Assembly (NCBI RefSeq): GCF_006345805.1
Contig: NC_043002.1
Coordinates: 107,260,001-107,324,000, forward strand
DNA length: 64,000 nt
Source of the DNA: Octopus sinensis
Lineage: Eukaryota
Reading direction: 5' to 3'
Shown here: positions 1-11,986 of the stretch, piece by piece
Layout of the letters: every line of letters begins with the position of its first letter
Numbering within the stretch: position 1 is the stretch's first letter
The notes under the pieces: generated by a model
Seen by the model: the letters and a program-made list of their open reading frames with translations, nothing else
Databases searched by the model: none
What the model was told of the DNA's origin: nothing
Translations under genes and position numbers: made by a program

Positions 1-146
1 TATATATATATATATATATACATATATTTACACACACATATACACCACACTGGCACCGATCCAAATTCATTATATACAAACGTACATAATATACATATGT
101 ACATGTATGCACATACACACAGTGACATTTACGCAGTATCCTCCTA

Positions 147-240
147 CAAGAAGCTCATTAAACAAACAATAATGTGTAGTGAATGAGGATGGTTCCCAAA
201 CTGCAAGAAATATATCAGTTCTATTGTGAAAATAAACATA
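147..240 (-). mobile_element. Old RTE/BovB-like RT fragment, duplicated at 1884-1977
   Basis: Minus strand reads YFHNRTDIFLAVWEPSSFTTHYCLFNELL(VGGYC), loosely like the RTE segment RTD...ELLYADDC. 94 bp with 1 mismatch to 1884-1977. Confidence 0.4.
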
Positions 241-523
241 ACTGCACTTGCAGCTGACCTTAATGCCTTCCACAACTATTCAAATAATAAGTGAAGTGTT
301 CTCATACTTAATGTGGTGAGCAATGATAACTTTTAATTAATCAAGACTATTCCAGATAAAGGTCAGCACTTCACATTGACCCTTCTAGATTACTATGTAC
401 TCTAGGTTGTTGTGCTGTTTTGTTTTTTTATTTAAATATAATATTGTACTATTTGTTATGTAACAATCTGTTTTTAGTTTATGTGTAGATTAGAGTAAGT
501 TTCTAAGCCTTGACTGAGCAAAG

Positions 524-1030
524 CCATCATCATTATCATCATCGTTTAACGTCCGCTTTCCATGCTAGCATGGGTTGGACGGTTCAACTGGGGTCTGGGA
601 AGCCCGAAGCCTGCACCAGGCCAGTCAGATCTGGCAGTGTTTCTACAGCTGGATGCCCTTCCTAACGCCAATCACTCCGTGAGTGTAGTGGGTGCTTTTT
701 ATGTGCCACTGACACAGGTGCCAGACGAGGCTGGCGAACGGCTACGCTCGGATGGTGTTTTTTTTGTGCCACCGACACAGGTGCCAGATGAGGCTGGTGA
801 ACGGCCACGCTCGGATGGTGTTTTTTACGTGCCACCGGCACGGAGGCCAGGCGAGGCTGGCACGGCCACTATCGAATGGTGTTTGTTACGTGCCCACAGC
901 ACGGAGGCCAGTCGATGCGGTACTGGCTACGGCCACGTTCGGATGGTTTTCTTATGTGCCACTGGCATTGGTACCACAAAAATACAAATTCCATTGATGT
1001 TCATCGATTTTGATTTGATTTGATTTTGAT
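524..1030 (-). mobile_element. 5'-truncated RTE LINE 3' UTR copy (family A) with internal minisatellite
   Basis: (CAT)n tail, then GTTTAACGTCCGCTTTCCATGCTAGCATGGG, CTGGATGCCCTTCCTAA and repeated GGTGC(T)nACGTGCC units. Homologous to 41240-41795, which is contiguous with the LINE ORF. Confidence 0.85.
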
Positions 1031-2002
1031 CAAAGATATTCCAGCCATGGCCATCTTGTCTGTTTAGAGGCATCAAAGTCTACATTACCTAGTGTTTCTT
1101 GTCTTAGCTGTTATATTCAAAAGGCCAGGTGACTATGACGTGGCTCCCTTATATACCAAAATGTTTTTGAGCTTTGTATTTACATATGAGGAAATTGATG
1201 TTGGAAAGTAAATTTTTCCATTGCTATTGATCTCTACTTATTACTTAAACCCAGGTCAGCATCTGATTCGACTGACCCATGATTGAAGAACTTCCAAGTG
1301 TTACCTTTCCATGTTTTTGTCCAAATATATTGTATCCAGGATGATTACATTATCGTTTCTTTTTTAAGGCAACAGGATGTAATAGGGGAGATTTAGCTGC
1401 TGTTTCTAGCAAGTTAAGCAACCATATAGAGGCTTCCTCTTTCAATTATCACAGTTATTGTTGATAATTTTGCTGCTCTCTAGCCAAGGTCAGCCTTCAC
1501 CGAGCAGATATAGGATGAAAAATATTCCAACTTACCTGATTAGTCATACGTCATCCAATGTCTCCTTCCTTTTTCTGATACGAAGACATGTTTGCTAATA
1601 TTCAAGGCTTTTTCCCTCACATTGTTGAAGGGAAAATATAGAGCAGGACAATTCTTGATAAACTCACTGAAAATTTTGGAATAATCTCTTCCTCAACCAG
1701 CACAAAATAAATCTGATTGATACCCTTCGTCCCTTCAAGGTTGATGAAATAAGCCCAGTCAAGCACTGGGGTCAATGTAATCGATTAGTCCCTTCCATGA
1801 AATTACTGGCCTTGTGTCAAAATTTGAAACACATAAAAAGCACCCACTACTCTCTCGGAGTGGTTGGCACTAGGAAGGGCATCCAAGAAGCTCATTAAAC
1901 AAACAATAATGTGTAGTGAATGAGGATGGTTCCCAAACTGTAAGAAATATATCAGTTCTATTGTGAAAATAAACATAGGCGCAGGAGTGGCTGTGGTAAG
2001 TA

Positions 2003-2095
2003 TGTGCTAATGAAAATATATCCATAAACCTTTCAGGATTTTTGTGTGCAATTATTTCACAGTCATCAACATACAAGAAGTTCATTAGCAAGTTT
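2003..2095 (-). mobile_element. RTE-like reverse transcriptase fragment (YADD-like region)
   Basis: Minus strand reads RNLLMNFLYVDDCEIIAH...FMDIFS, resembling RTE ELLFADDCALVAH...MD.FS. Confidence 0.55.
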
Positions 2096-2839
2096 CTTAC
2101 CACACAGCCCTACCTGTGCCCATAAATAAATAAATTTGTGTGTGTATGTGATGCCCTCATCACTTCTTCATTCCCCTCCCCCCATGCACCAATGACCTGG
2201 GGAGCCATAAATATTATTTCAAAATATTAAGAAAATGAAATATATGATGTTCTTATTTGAAAAAAAAGTGTTTTGTGTTGTTGGTGTTGGTGGTGGAATC
2301 TAATGCAAAACAAAAGATATTAAACTGTTACAGATATCATTTCAAAACACACACACACACAGAGACTCATACATTTTACACAGCTGGTAATTATTATTTA
2401 TTATTAGACACACGCATAAATACATTCCTACAAACAAATAAAAAATAAGAAAATGAAAGAAAACTATATCAAGAATTCTTTAGAAATAATTCTATTCCTA
2501 AAGAATGCAAAAGAATACATAATATCTACATATATATGAGGGTATGTATGTATGTATGTAGTATGTATGTATGTATGTATGTATGTATATTTGTATGTAT
2601 GTATGTATATGCATGTTGTGGTGTGTGTATAATGCTATTTACATACATACATACATACATATGTATATGTATCATTACAGATAGCATAAATGCATAAGAA
2701 AAATTTGGTTGAGTAAATGTAAAACAGACAGTTTAAGTGAATTGGAAAATAGTTCCTTATCTTCTATCATTGAGGCAAAGAAGACAAAGAATTCAATGGA
2801 GAAAAATATAGGGCAAACAAATATATGTAAATATATATC

Positions 2840-2857
2840 ATCACTATCATCATCATC

Positions 2858-2889
<32 letters not shown>

Positions 2890-3075
2890 TTAATGTCTTC
2901 TTTCCTTGCTGGCATGGGTTGGATGAATTCACAGGAGCTGGCAAGTCAGAAGACTGCACGAAGCTCTACCGTCTGCTTTGGTTGGGTTCTCAGCTGGATA
3001 CCCTTCCTAATGCCAACCACCCTACAGAGTGTACTGGGTGCTATTTTTTTTTATATGGCACCAGCAGCAGTGAGG
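2840..3075 (-). mobile_element. RTE 3' UTR copy (family A), partial
   Basis: (CAT)n plus TTTCCTTGCTGGCATGGGTTGG and CTGGATACCCTTCCTAATGCC motifs. Confidence 0.75.
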
Positions 3076-3514
3076 TTACAAAGTAACTTGCAGGACAAGA
3101 CCCCTTAATTGAGTGGAAAGTAGTATGAGGATGGTGGCTTTTTGCCAGGAGATGAGAAATTAAGAGTATGATAAGAGGGACAGAAACAGGTGTATTGTTG
3201 TAGAGGAGATACATGGCTGCCCCAGGGAGGTGTATATAGTAAAGGAGACCCGGGATTGGCTAGAGTGAGTGGGTGGGTAAGTTTGCGAGAATGTGAAGGT
3301 TGAGTGGGAGATAGAGGGGAGTGGAGAATGTAGTGAATGGACACAGGTAGAGGGAAGGGTTCTTAGAAGGATGTATAATGAGAGAATAGGGACAATGGTG
3401 AGTCTTAATTTGGGGGGATTTAAGGAAAATAGGAGTGAGTTGAGGAAGCAAAAGATAGTAACACGTACATGAAAAGAAGGGTGTATGTGCATGGAAAACA
3501 TCATTTATCCATAT

Positions 3515-3883
3515 GTGGAAGCACTCCGTCGGTTACGACGATGAGGGTTCCGGTTGATCCGATCAACGGAACAGCCTGCTTGTGAAATTAACGTGTAAGT
3601 GGCTGAGCACTCCACAGACACGTGTACCCTTAACGTAGTTCTCGGGGATATTCAGCGTGACAGAGAGAGTGACAGGCCAGCCCCTTGAAATACAGGTACA
3701 ACAGAAACAGGAAGTAAGAGTAAGAGAAAGTTGGGGTGAAAGAGTACAGCAGGGATCGCTACCATCCCCTGCCGGAGCCTCGTGGAGCTTTATGTGTTTT
3801 CGCTCAATAAACACTCACAACGCCCGGTCTGGGAATCGAAACCGCGAGTCCGCTGCCCTAACCACTGGGCCATTGCGCCTCCA
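3515..3883 (-). mobile_element. tRNA-derived SINE (family C) with 13-bp TSD
   Basis: Minus-strand head TGGAGGCGCAATGGCCCAGTGGTTAGG...GGTTTCGATTCCC (A/B boxes). TSD CATTTATCCATAT at 3502-3514 and 3885-3897. Second copy at 26709-27093. Confidence 0.9.
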
Positions 3884-3957
3884 CCATTTATCCATATACA
3901 TGTGTGTGTACTCATGGACACATATAATGATGATGATGATGTTTACATGTACTCCAT

Positions 3958-4062
3958 GTTTAAAGACCCAATGCTTTTTAATTTCTTCTCAAAGAAACTG
4001 GGAAATCTACATGCTATGGATGTAGACATACTCAAGAATCACCTGGCTAACTTATTGTCGGC
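3958..4062 (+). mobile_element. CR1/L2-like LINE C-terminal coding remnant
   Basis: Translates FKDPMLFNFFSKKLGNLHAMDVDILKNHLANLLS, matching the CR1-clade GP.LFN.LP..LR.L..VD.FK..LD..LS pattern. Confidence 0.5.
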
Positions 4063-4075
4063 AACTGTTGGTTGT

Positions 4076-4120
4076 CACACTCTGATGACGGGTCAATACC
4101 CAGAAACTCGAGTTTGTGTG
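4076..4120 (+). ncRNA. Minimal type-I hammerhead ribozyme motif (Penelope/retrozyme-like), slightly degenerate
   Basis: CACAC-t-CTGATGA-c-GGGT caat ACCC-a-GAAA-C TCGA G-T-T-t-GTGTG. Intact CUGAUGA and GAAA, stem II 4 bp, palindromic stem III, stem I 5 bp. Core-closing pairs of stems I and II are mismatched. Confidence 0.7.
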
Positions 4121-4481
4121 TATCACAGGTTGAAGACGGGAAGGATGGCTTCCCTTTGCAAAAACTGATAGGGCACAGAAAGTGTGTCAATAGCCTGCTG
4201 GAGGAGGTGTCGTCCTGGGGCTACAAGCTACAGTAGCATCTACCCTTAGTGGTTAGCCACATTTAAGTGGCAAATATACTTCACGATGTCGTGCAGCTGC
4301 TGTTTATACCTCGCTCAGAGATTTATTAATATATATATTATATATATATATATAATTTGTTCTCAAGTGTAAATTTCTGATTTTACTTTTGATAGATAGA
4401 GAATATTAAGATCAGGATGGGAATAAGCAAGCCCAAATCAATAAGTTTCTCTCTCTCCCTCTCTCACACATATCATCATCA

Positions 4482-4529
<48 letters not shown>

Positions 4530-4786
4530 TATATTCGGTATTTAAAGGTCATTTCTATTTACGGACCTTCTTAGTTGTTTGTCTATCTTATTTATATAAT
4601 ATACGTGAGTGTGGATGATTACATGTATGTATATATGTATGTATAGCTATGCACTGATATACATGCATAGATACATATGAATATATACCAACCTATATAC
4701 CTGTCTATCTATCTCCCTCCCTTCTGGCTCTCCTCTCTCCCTCCCCATTTCTCACTATATATATATATGTATATATATATATATTC

Positions 4787-5001
4787 ATTTATTCTTTTAC
4801 TTGTTTCAGTCATTTGACTGCAGCCATGCTGGAGCACCGCCTTTAGTTAAACAGAGCAGCCCCAGGACTTATTCTTTGTAAGCCTAGTACTTACTCCATT
4901 GGTTCCTTTCTGCTGAACCGCTAAGTTACGGGGGCATAAACACAGCAACATTGGTTGTCAAGTGATGGTGGGTAGACAAACACAAACACAAAAAATACAC
5001 A

Positions 5002-5032
<31 letters not shown>

Positions 5033-5200
5033 CATATATACGACAGGCTTCTTTCAGTTTCCGTCTACCAAATCCACTCACAAGGCTTTGGTCAACCTGA
5101 GGCTATAGTAGAAGACACTTGCCCAAGGTGCCATGCAGTGGGACTGAACTTGGAGCCATGTAGTTGGGAAGCAAGCTTCTTACCACATAGCCACATCTGC
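4787..5200 (-). mobile_element. tRNA/CORE-type SINE (family B, tail 1)
   Basis: Head with A/B boxes and ACCTTGGGCAAGT CORE-like motif, internal (TA)/(TG) tract, tail ending ACTGAAACAAGTAAAAGA. Confidence 0.85.
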
Positions 5201-5233
5201 AGCTATATATATGTGTGTGTGTGTGTATGTATA

Positions 5234-5272
<39 letters not shown>

Positions 5273-5804
5273 GTGTGTATGTATATGTGTGTATATATAT
5301 ATACATGTGTGTATGTATATGTGTGTATATATATATACATATGTGTATATATGTGTGTATATGTGTGTATATATATGTCTGTGTGTGTATATGCTTTATA
5401 TGATGAGTGGCTATATTTATATCGAAGTGATTTTACTACTGCTATTAATTTTTTTACTATAATCATTTCTTAAATATAGCCACGAAACATGTGTCCTTAT
5501 TCTACCAATTATATACGTTTTTATTATTTTTTTGCAATTTACTTAATCATTGTTATTTTATTGTAATTTTAATATTTCTATTATATGTAATTTCTAGATG
5601 GTGTATTTTAATTGTTCATTTTGAATTGATAAAAGGTAGTTTTCTAATTTTTTATATATTTAATTTATTGTGTGAAATTTGTTAGTATTTCTAAATTGAA
5701 TTTTTTCCTGTAAGTAGGATTAATTCCCTCAAATAATAATATTATATAGATATATATATATATATATATATATATATCTATATATATATATATATATATA
5801 CTGT

Positions 5805-5991
5805 TTATTTTTACTTGTTTCAGTCATTTGATTGCGGCCATGCTGGGGGCACCGCCTTTAGTCGAGCAAATCGACCCGGGACTTTATTCTTGTAAGCCCA
5901 GTAACTTATTCTATCGGTCTCTTTTTTGCCAAACCGGTTGTCAGCAATGCTAGGGGGACAAAACACAGACACAAAACACACACATACATAT

Positions 5992-6035
<44 letters not shown>

Positions 6036-6196
6036 TACGACAGGCTTCTTTCAGTTTCCGTCTACCAAATCCACTCACAAGGCATTGGTTGGCCCGGGGC
6101 TATAGCAGAAGACACTTGCCCAAGATGCCACGCAGTGGGACTGAACCCGGAACCATGTGGCTGGTTAGCAAGCTACTTACCACACAGCCACTCCTG
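5805..6196 (-). mobile_element. tRNA/CORE-type SINE (family B, tail 1), followed by a tail fragment to about 6370
   Basis: Near-identical to the copies at 12285, 38343, 46676 and 57832. Confidence 0.9.
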
Positions 6197-6384
6197 GACT
6201 GTGACCATGCTAGGGCACAATCTTGAAGAGTTTTGGTCAAACAAATCAACCACAGGACTATTTTTTTAGTAAGCCTGGTACTTATTCTATTGGTTTCTTT
6301 TGCCGAACCCTTTAGCTTCAGGGACATAAACAGACCAACACCAGTTGTCAAGCAGTGGTGGGGGACAAAAGCATACACACTGAT

Positions 6385-6700
6385 CATCATCATCATCATT
6401 TACCGTCCATCTTCCATGCTGGCATGAGTTGGAGGGTTTGACAGGAGCCAGACAGGTAGAAGACTACACCAGGCTTCTGTGTCTGTTTTGGCTTGGTTTT
6501 TATGGGTGGATGCCCTTCCTAACACCAACCACCCCGTAAAGTGGAACTAGGTGCTTCCTACGTGGTACCAGCACCAACAGGGTCTGTTTTGGCATGGTTT
6601 CTACCGCTGGATGGCCTTCTAAGTGCCAACCGCTTTACAGTGTGGACTGGGTGCTTTTTATGTAGGACCAGCACTGGCAGGGTCACCAAGTAACTTGAAA
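6385..6700 (-). mobile_element. RTE 3' UTR copy (family A), rearranged, followed by a purine-rich body
   Basis: (CAT)n tail and two GGATG(G)CCTTC(C)TAA segments. Confidence 0.65.
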
Positions 6701-6893
6701 GACGGCATTTTTGAGAGGGGAGGAGGCATTGGAGGGGGTGATCTTGTTTCAGATGATGAAAGGTTAGAGTATGACAGAGAGACAGAAACAGGTGTCTTGC
6801 TGTAGAGGAGGGAGGTACATGGTTATCTGACCAAGAGATATATTCACATGCGCACACACAGACACACACACATACACACACATTTATATACAA

Positions 6894-7122
6894 GGTGGCG
6901 ATCTAGCAGAAATGTTAGCGCGCCGGGCGAAATGCGTAACCGTATTTCGTCTGCCGTTTCGTTCTGAGTTCAAATTCCACCGAGGTCGACTTTGCCTTTC
7001 ATCCTTTCCGGGTCGACAAATTAAGTACCAGTTACGCACTGGGGTCGATATAATCGACTTAATCCGTGTGTCTGTCGATGTTTGTCCCCTCTGTGTTAAG
7101 CCCCTTGTGGGTAGTAAAGAAA
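6894..7122 (+). mobile_element. SINE family D (Meta-domain-like core)
   Basis: GAGTTCAAATTCC B-box-like motif, then GTCGACTTTGCCTTTCATCCTTT...AAGTACCAG. Reverse copy at 24773-25000. Confidence 0.85.
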
Positions 7123-7859
7123 TATATATACAATGGGCTTCTTTCAGTTTCCATCTACCAAATCCACTCACAAGTAGAAGACACTTACCTTAGGTGCTGC
7201 ATAATGGGAGTGAACCCCGGAATCATGTGGTTGGGAAGAAAAGCTATCTGCCCAGAGAAAAATTAGCAAAGTAGTCTCATCTGATCCATGCAAGCATAGA
7301 ATTGTATATGTGTGTGTGTGTGTGTGTGTATTTCTATGTGGTTTGGATGTTGTATCAAAATACTGAGCAATGATGTATATGCCTGTAAAAAAATAATATT
7401 TTTTAAATATAACTTACACATCACTACTCATTACACACACCCACTCAAAAACATTTATATACACACAATCATACACATGCCTTAACTTTCCAGTCTTTAA
7501 TTTTATTCATGCATGCTTGCTTGTTTCTATTTCTGTTCTCTCTCTCCTGTCTGTCTGTCTGTCTCTCTCTCCTGTCTGTCTGTCTCTCTCTCCCCCTCTC
7601 ACTCTCTCCCCACCCTCTCTCTCCATTCTTCCATTCTTTTACTGCAGTCATGCTGGAATCTAAAGTGTAAGTACAAGAAGCGGTCAGACTCTGCATAAGG
7701 AGTAGACAACCACTATATATATATATATATTATATATATATATTATATATATATATAATATATATATATATATATAGTGCCACATATTGGAGGGGCTCTC
7801 AGTAATAACAGTGTAGCAAAACGACGGTGCATGCATGGCTGCAGCTCTGAGCTGAAACT

Positions 7860-7927
<68 letters not shown>

Positions 7928-7930
<3 letters not shown>

Positions 7931-8165
7931 CATCATCATCATTTAGCGTCCGCTTTCCATGCTAGCATGGTTTGTGTATATCATCATCATCATCATTTAA
8001 CATCTGTTGTCCATGGTGGCATGAGTTGGACAGTTTGACCAAAGTTGGCAAGCTGGAAAGCTGCACCAGACTCCAGTCTGATTTAGCATGGTTTTCTACG
8101 GCTGGTTGCCTTTCCTAACGCCAACCACTCCAAAAGTGTAATGGAAGCTTTTGCATGCCATTTGC
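7928..8165 (-). mobile_element. RTE 3' UTR copy (family A) with duplicated tail
   Basis: Two (CAT)n-TTTA..GTC starts and the CCTTTCCTAACGCCAACCACTCC motif. Confidence 0.75.
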
Positions 8166-8166
8166 A

Positions 8167-8201
<35 letters not shown>

Positions 8202-8300
8202 CCAAGCTACATTCATCCAAATGATTTAATGACTTTATATTCATGTACATTTGTACATACACATACATGCATGCATATATACATGTCTGTGTGCACATGT

Positions 8301-8597
8301 GAAGGCACGTAGCTCAGTGGTTAGGGAATTGCCTTCATGATCCCGAGATTGCGGTTTCAATTCCTAGACAGGTGTTACATTGTGTTCTTGAACAAAACCC
8401 TTTATTTTCACATTGTTCCATTCCACTCACCTGTAGAAGTGTCACCATGTGATGCACTGGTGTTCCACTGGAGTAGCATGTTGGCCTGTCTGTCTAGCTA
8501 GTGGGCTGGCATCAAATGAAGGCTACAACAATGCAAGGAAGTGCATTGTGGTCAGCAATGTGTAACCACAGCCAATAGTTTTGCCAATACAGTGAAA
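8301..8597 (+). mobile_element. Degenerate tRNA-derived SINE (V-domain-like)
   Basis: TAGCTCAGTGGTTAGG A box, GGTTTCAATTCC B box, TGTGTTCTTGAACAAAAC. Related to 35323-35660. Confidence 0.65.
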
Positions 8598-9648
8598 TAG
8601 ATACATCCAATATCCAGGGCTTCATTGCTCCTAAAAGAGGAACCTTTCCTTAAACTTTTCCACTGCTATCTGTCTCTGGCCTGTTGTGGCCCATAACCTA
8701 GCATTTTGTCAAAAGAGACCAATAGAATAAGTACCAAACTTAAAAAAATATAAATACTCGAGGTTGATTCATTCAACTAAAAATTCTCCAAGGTGGTGCT
8801 CCAGCATGGCAACAGTCTAATTAAAATATATATATATATGTATGTCATATGCATAACCCTATTCTGCTGCTCTTTGCCCCACTGCATCATTGGTCACCCT
8901 TTATCCACCCTCAATACTTATTCTTTGTTATATTTACCTCCTCAGCTATTCCTTATCTCTACTCTCTCTCCTACACTCTTGCAACCTCTACTCACCCCCA
9001 CTCCTACTTACCTCCTTCCTTGAAGGGTCACCACTATCTTTATATCGCTTCCTAGCTGTACACCAGTTGCCCCTCATCCTCTCCCTTCTATAGAGCAAGA
9101 AACCTGTTTTACACTGCCCCCCCCTTTCCTTCATACTTTAACCCCTCATCTCCTAGCATGAAGCTGCCCCTCTTGAGCTTCATAGTCTTACAAGCATAAC
9201 GACAACCTTACTGGTGCTGATTGCATGAAAAAAACCCACCTGGTACACACTGCAAAGTAGTTAGTTGTAGGAAGGGCATCCAGCCATAGAAACCATGTCA
9301 AAGCAGAGACTGGAGTATGATGCCATCGTTGGATCCATTTAGTTTAACCATGAAGCAAATTAAGCATATGCTTAGGGTATCAGGGGAATGGGCGAGGCAG
9401 TGCACCACAGAAATGGTAAATGGTTTATGCTATAAAAGAAATCACTTAAAACTTGCCAAAATGATATTCAAAGTGGTTTATATAATTGGAAACATAATTT
9501 CAAAGAGTTCATTGTGTCATAGTGAGGATCTGATCAAAGACTTTGCAATTATAAAAAAATTAAAAAAAATAAAAATAAAGAAACCTGCTGTATGGTTACT
9601 ATTGTTTATGTTATTATATATATATATAATATATATATAATATATAAA

Positions 9649-9802
9649 AAACATATTGGTGAATTGAAGAAATGGAGCTGAACGCAGATTGACAGAAATC
9701 GTTTTATTTCTTCTACAACTGTTTCGAAACACGTGTAGAATGAAATAAAACGATTCGTTCAATCTGCGTTCAGCTCCATTTCTTCAATCACCAATAATGT
9801 TT
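9649..9802. repeat. Fold-back inverted repeat, arms about 76 bp, centred on TTTCGAAA
   Basis: Arm ATTGAAGAAATGGAGCTGAACGCAGATTGA pairs with TCAATCTGCGTTCAGCTCCATTTCTTCAAT. GAAACACGTGTA at 9726-9737. Confidence 0.95.
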
Positions 9803-9970
9803 ATTTCAATTATCCGCACCAACGCACGGTTGCAACGCGATGGTTGTACCTCCAACGTGCTGTTTACTGCTGTGATTTGCTACTAAGGTATCGGTTACTT
9901 TTGATTAATCTACAACAAGATTATTCATCTTTCTATTTCACATAATATATATATATATATATATAATATA

Positions 9971-10371
9971 TCTTTATATATAAAAGAGAGGTTGTGTGCT
10001 GTCTGTCTCCTACGATTTAGATTCCTAACTACTCCCACATTTTGCGGTGCAGTTTAACCAAAACCGGGTATCTTATTGTCGTGATTCATATCGAGCCCTT
10101 CTGGGTATTACCGCACGTCTACAATGAGTATACAATTTTAAAAAAATTTACCATCAATTTTTCCCATTTTTAATGCATTTTGGCATATATAAGGGAAGTA
10201 ACTCTCTAAACAATTGTTATTAAATCTCAGAACGTAAAAAGCTACAGTAGTAACACACCCCCTCCCCCTTGTGGTTAGCCATATGAGATGGCTATTATAC
10301 TTTACATCTCTAAAAATGCTTATATAGTTATTTCCCTTACAAACCCGAGCAACGCTGGGCGATACTGCTAG
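9971..10371 (+). mobile_element. Non-autonomous Helitron
   Basis: A|TC 5' end, subterminal hairpin CCCGAGCAACGCTGGG, CTAG|T 3' end, no TSD. Four copies in the window. Confidence 0.85.
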
Positions 10372-10385
10372 TATATATATATATA

Positions 10386-10743
10386 AAGTTGCGGACTGGG
10401 TCTAAAAATATTGGTTGCCAGGAGACTAAGGTGGCCCACCTGCAATTACAAGGGAGCTCACCCACAACTACAATGCTATCATTTAATTTTTTTTTTTTTT
10501 GTTATAAGTATTCTTTTCAACTGTCTACAAACACAGCTAGGCTGAAATAATTAATGCATTCTTCCAGGAGTGAATAAAAAATTCTCAAACTTGATGGGAT
10601 GGGCCCCTTAGATACTAACATGGGCCCCATAGATACTAACATGGGCCCCTCAGATACTAACATGGGTCCCCATATATGGATTCTAATGGTGCAGGGGCCC
10701 ACTTGCCATTGGGTAAGCTGATAACCTGGTCAGTCCGCCACTG
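10386..10743. mobile_element. hAT-like MITE with an internal 21-bp tandem repeat
   Basis: Imperfect TIR AAGTTGCGGACTG / CAGTCCGCCACTG. About 3.5 copies of ATGGGCCCCNNAGATACTAAC at about 10598-10672. Confidence 0.55.
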
Positions 10744-11246
10744 TTTATATATGGGTGGGGGGCACCAAAATCTTTTCTGTGCTTAGGGCCTCTATGGTTC
10801 TTAATCCAGCCTTGGGCCTATTTTATTCTATTAAATTGTCTGACCTTTGCCTGCATAGAACAAGGAGGTTTGATGATGATGATACATACATACATATAGC
10901 CTTTTTCCACAAAATTTCTAGCCTTCTGCTTGAATTTGAAACAGTTATTATTATTATCATTATTTTCATTAGCATCTTCTTTCAATTCTTCTTGCCGAGT
11001 GTCTTCCTGACACCTAGAGCAGAGAAACATACTGTACACATTGGTAGGCCATTAGAATAAACACACCAGGTTGTTCATTAACAAAGTTATGTGATAGAGG
11101 AAAAGAGGGAGACAGAGAGAAAAAGGAAAAAATAAAATAAAGGGTGGGGGGAAAAGGAAGGAAATTCACAGCAACAATGCTTTTCTCAATATGTGTGATG
11201 TACCAGTTAAGACAATTGTGATGTACCAGTATTATTATTATTATTA

Positions 11247-11632
11247 TTACCACCTCCGCCTTAGCAAAGGCAGAGTTATTGTTTTCAGTTGTGTTTGTTT
11301 GCCAGTGGACAAGATATCTCAAGAACCACTGGATGGACTCAGATGAAACTTTCAGGAATGTTTGGACTCGTGACTGACACAAATTGATTAGATTTTGGAA
11401 TCGTTCCAATACCAGACAAAGATTCTGGATTACTTTACCTGTTTTTTTTTTACTTAATTTTTGAGAGCAGTTGAGTTCATTTTTAGTATTCCTGTTTGTG
11501 AGAGCAGCCAAGTTTATTTCAGATATTCCCATTTTAAAAATAATCTCCAGCTAATCATTGAGAGGACATTGTGCAAACCTCCGCCAAGGTGCTGCCTTGG
11601 GCAGAGGTTTGCGCTCTCTGAGTGCTCTTGTT
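11247..11632 (+). mobile_element. DINE-1/HINE-like (Helentron-associated) non-autonomous element
   Basis: 5' CCTCCGCC...GGCAGAG hairpin, TGTT tract, 3' CCTCCGCC...GGCAGAGG hairpin, terminal GCGCTCTCTGAGTGC hairpin before TT. Confidence 0.55.
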
Positions 11633-11649
11633 ATTATTAATATTATTAT

Positions 11650-11986
11650 GATACCTGTGCCGGTGGCACGTAAAAAGCACCATCCGAACGTGGCCGATGC
11701 CAGCGCTGCCTTGACTGGCTTCTGTGCCAATGGCACGTAAAAAGCACCAACCAATCGTGGCCGTTGCCAGACTCCCCTGGCACTTGTGTCGGTGGCACGT
11801 AAAAAGCACCCACTACACTCACGGAGTGGTTGGCATTAGGAAGGGTATCCAGCTGTAGAAACACTGCCAGATCAGACTGGAGCCTGGTGCAGCCTCCTGG
11901 TTTCCCAGACCCCGGTCAAACCATCCAACCCATGCTAGCACGGAAAACGGACGTTAAACGATGATGATGATGATGATGATGATGAT
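11650..11986 (+). mobile_element. RTE 3' UTR copy (family A)
   Basis: GGCACGTAAAAAGCACC units, AGGAAGGGTATCCAGCTGTAGAAAC, (GAT)n tail. Confidence 0.9.

Noticed and set aside
562-1023. 153-aa ORF and similar ORFs in family A/B repeats
   Set aside because: They are incidental frames in non-coding repeat sequence and are not conserved between copies.
2685-2826. Possible exon HKCIRKIWLSKCKTDSLSELENSSLSSIIEAKK...
   Set aside because: It needs a secondary TAG acceptor and has no linkable neighbours or recognisable homology.
9317-9640. 107-aa ORF next to the fold-back
   Set aside because: No recognisable motif; it runs into poly-A and TA tracts.
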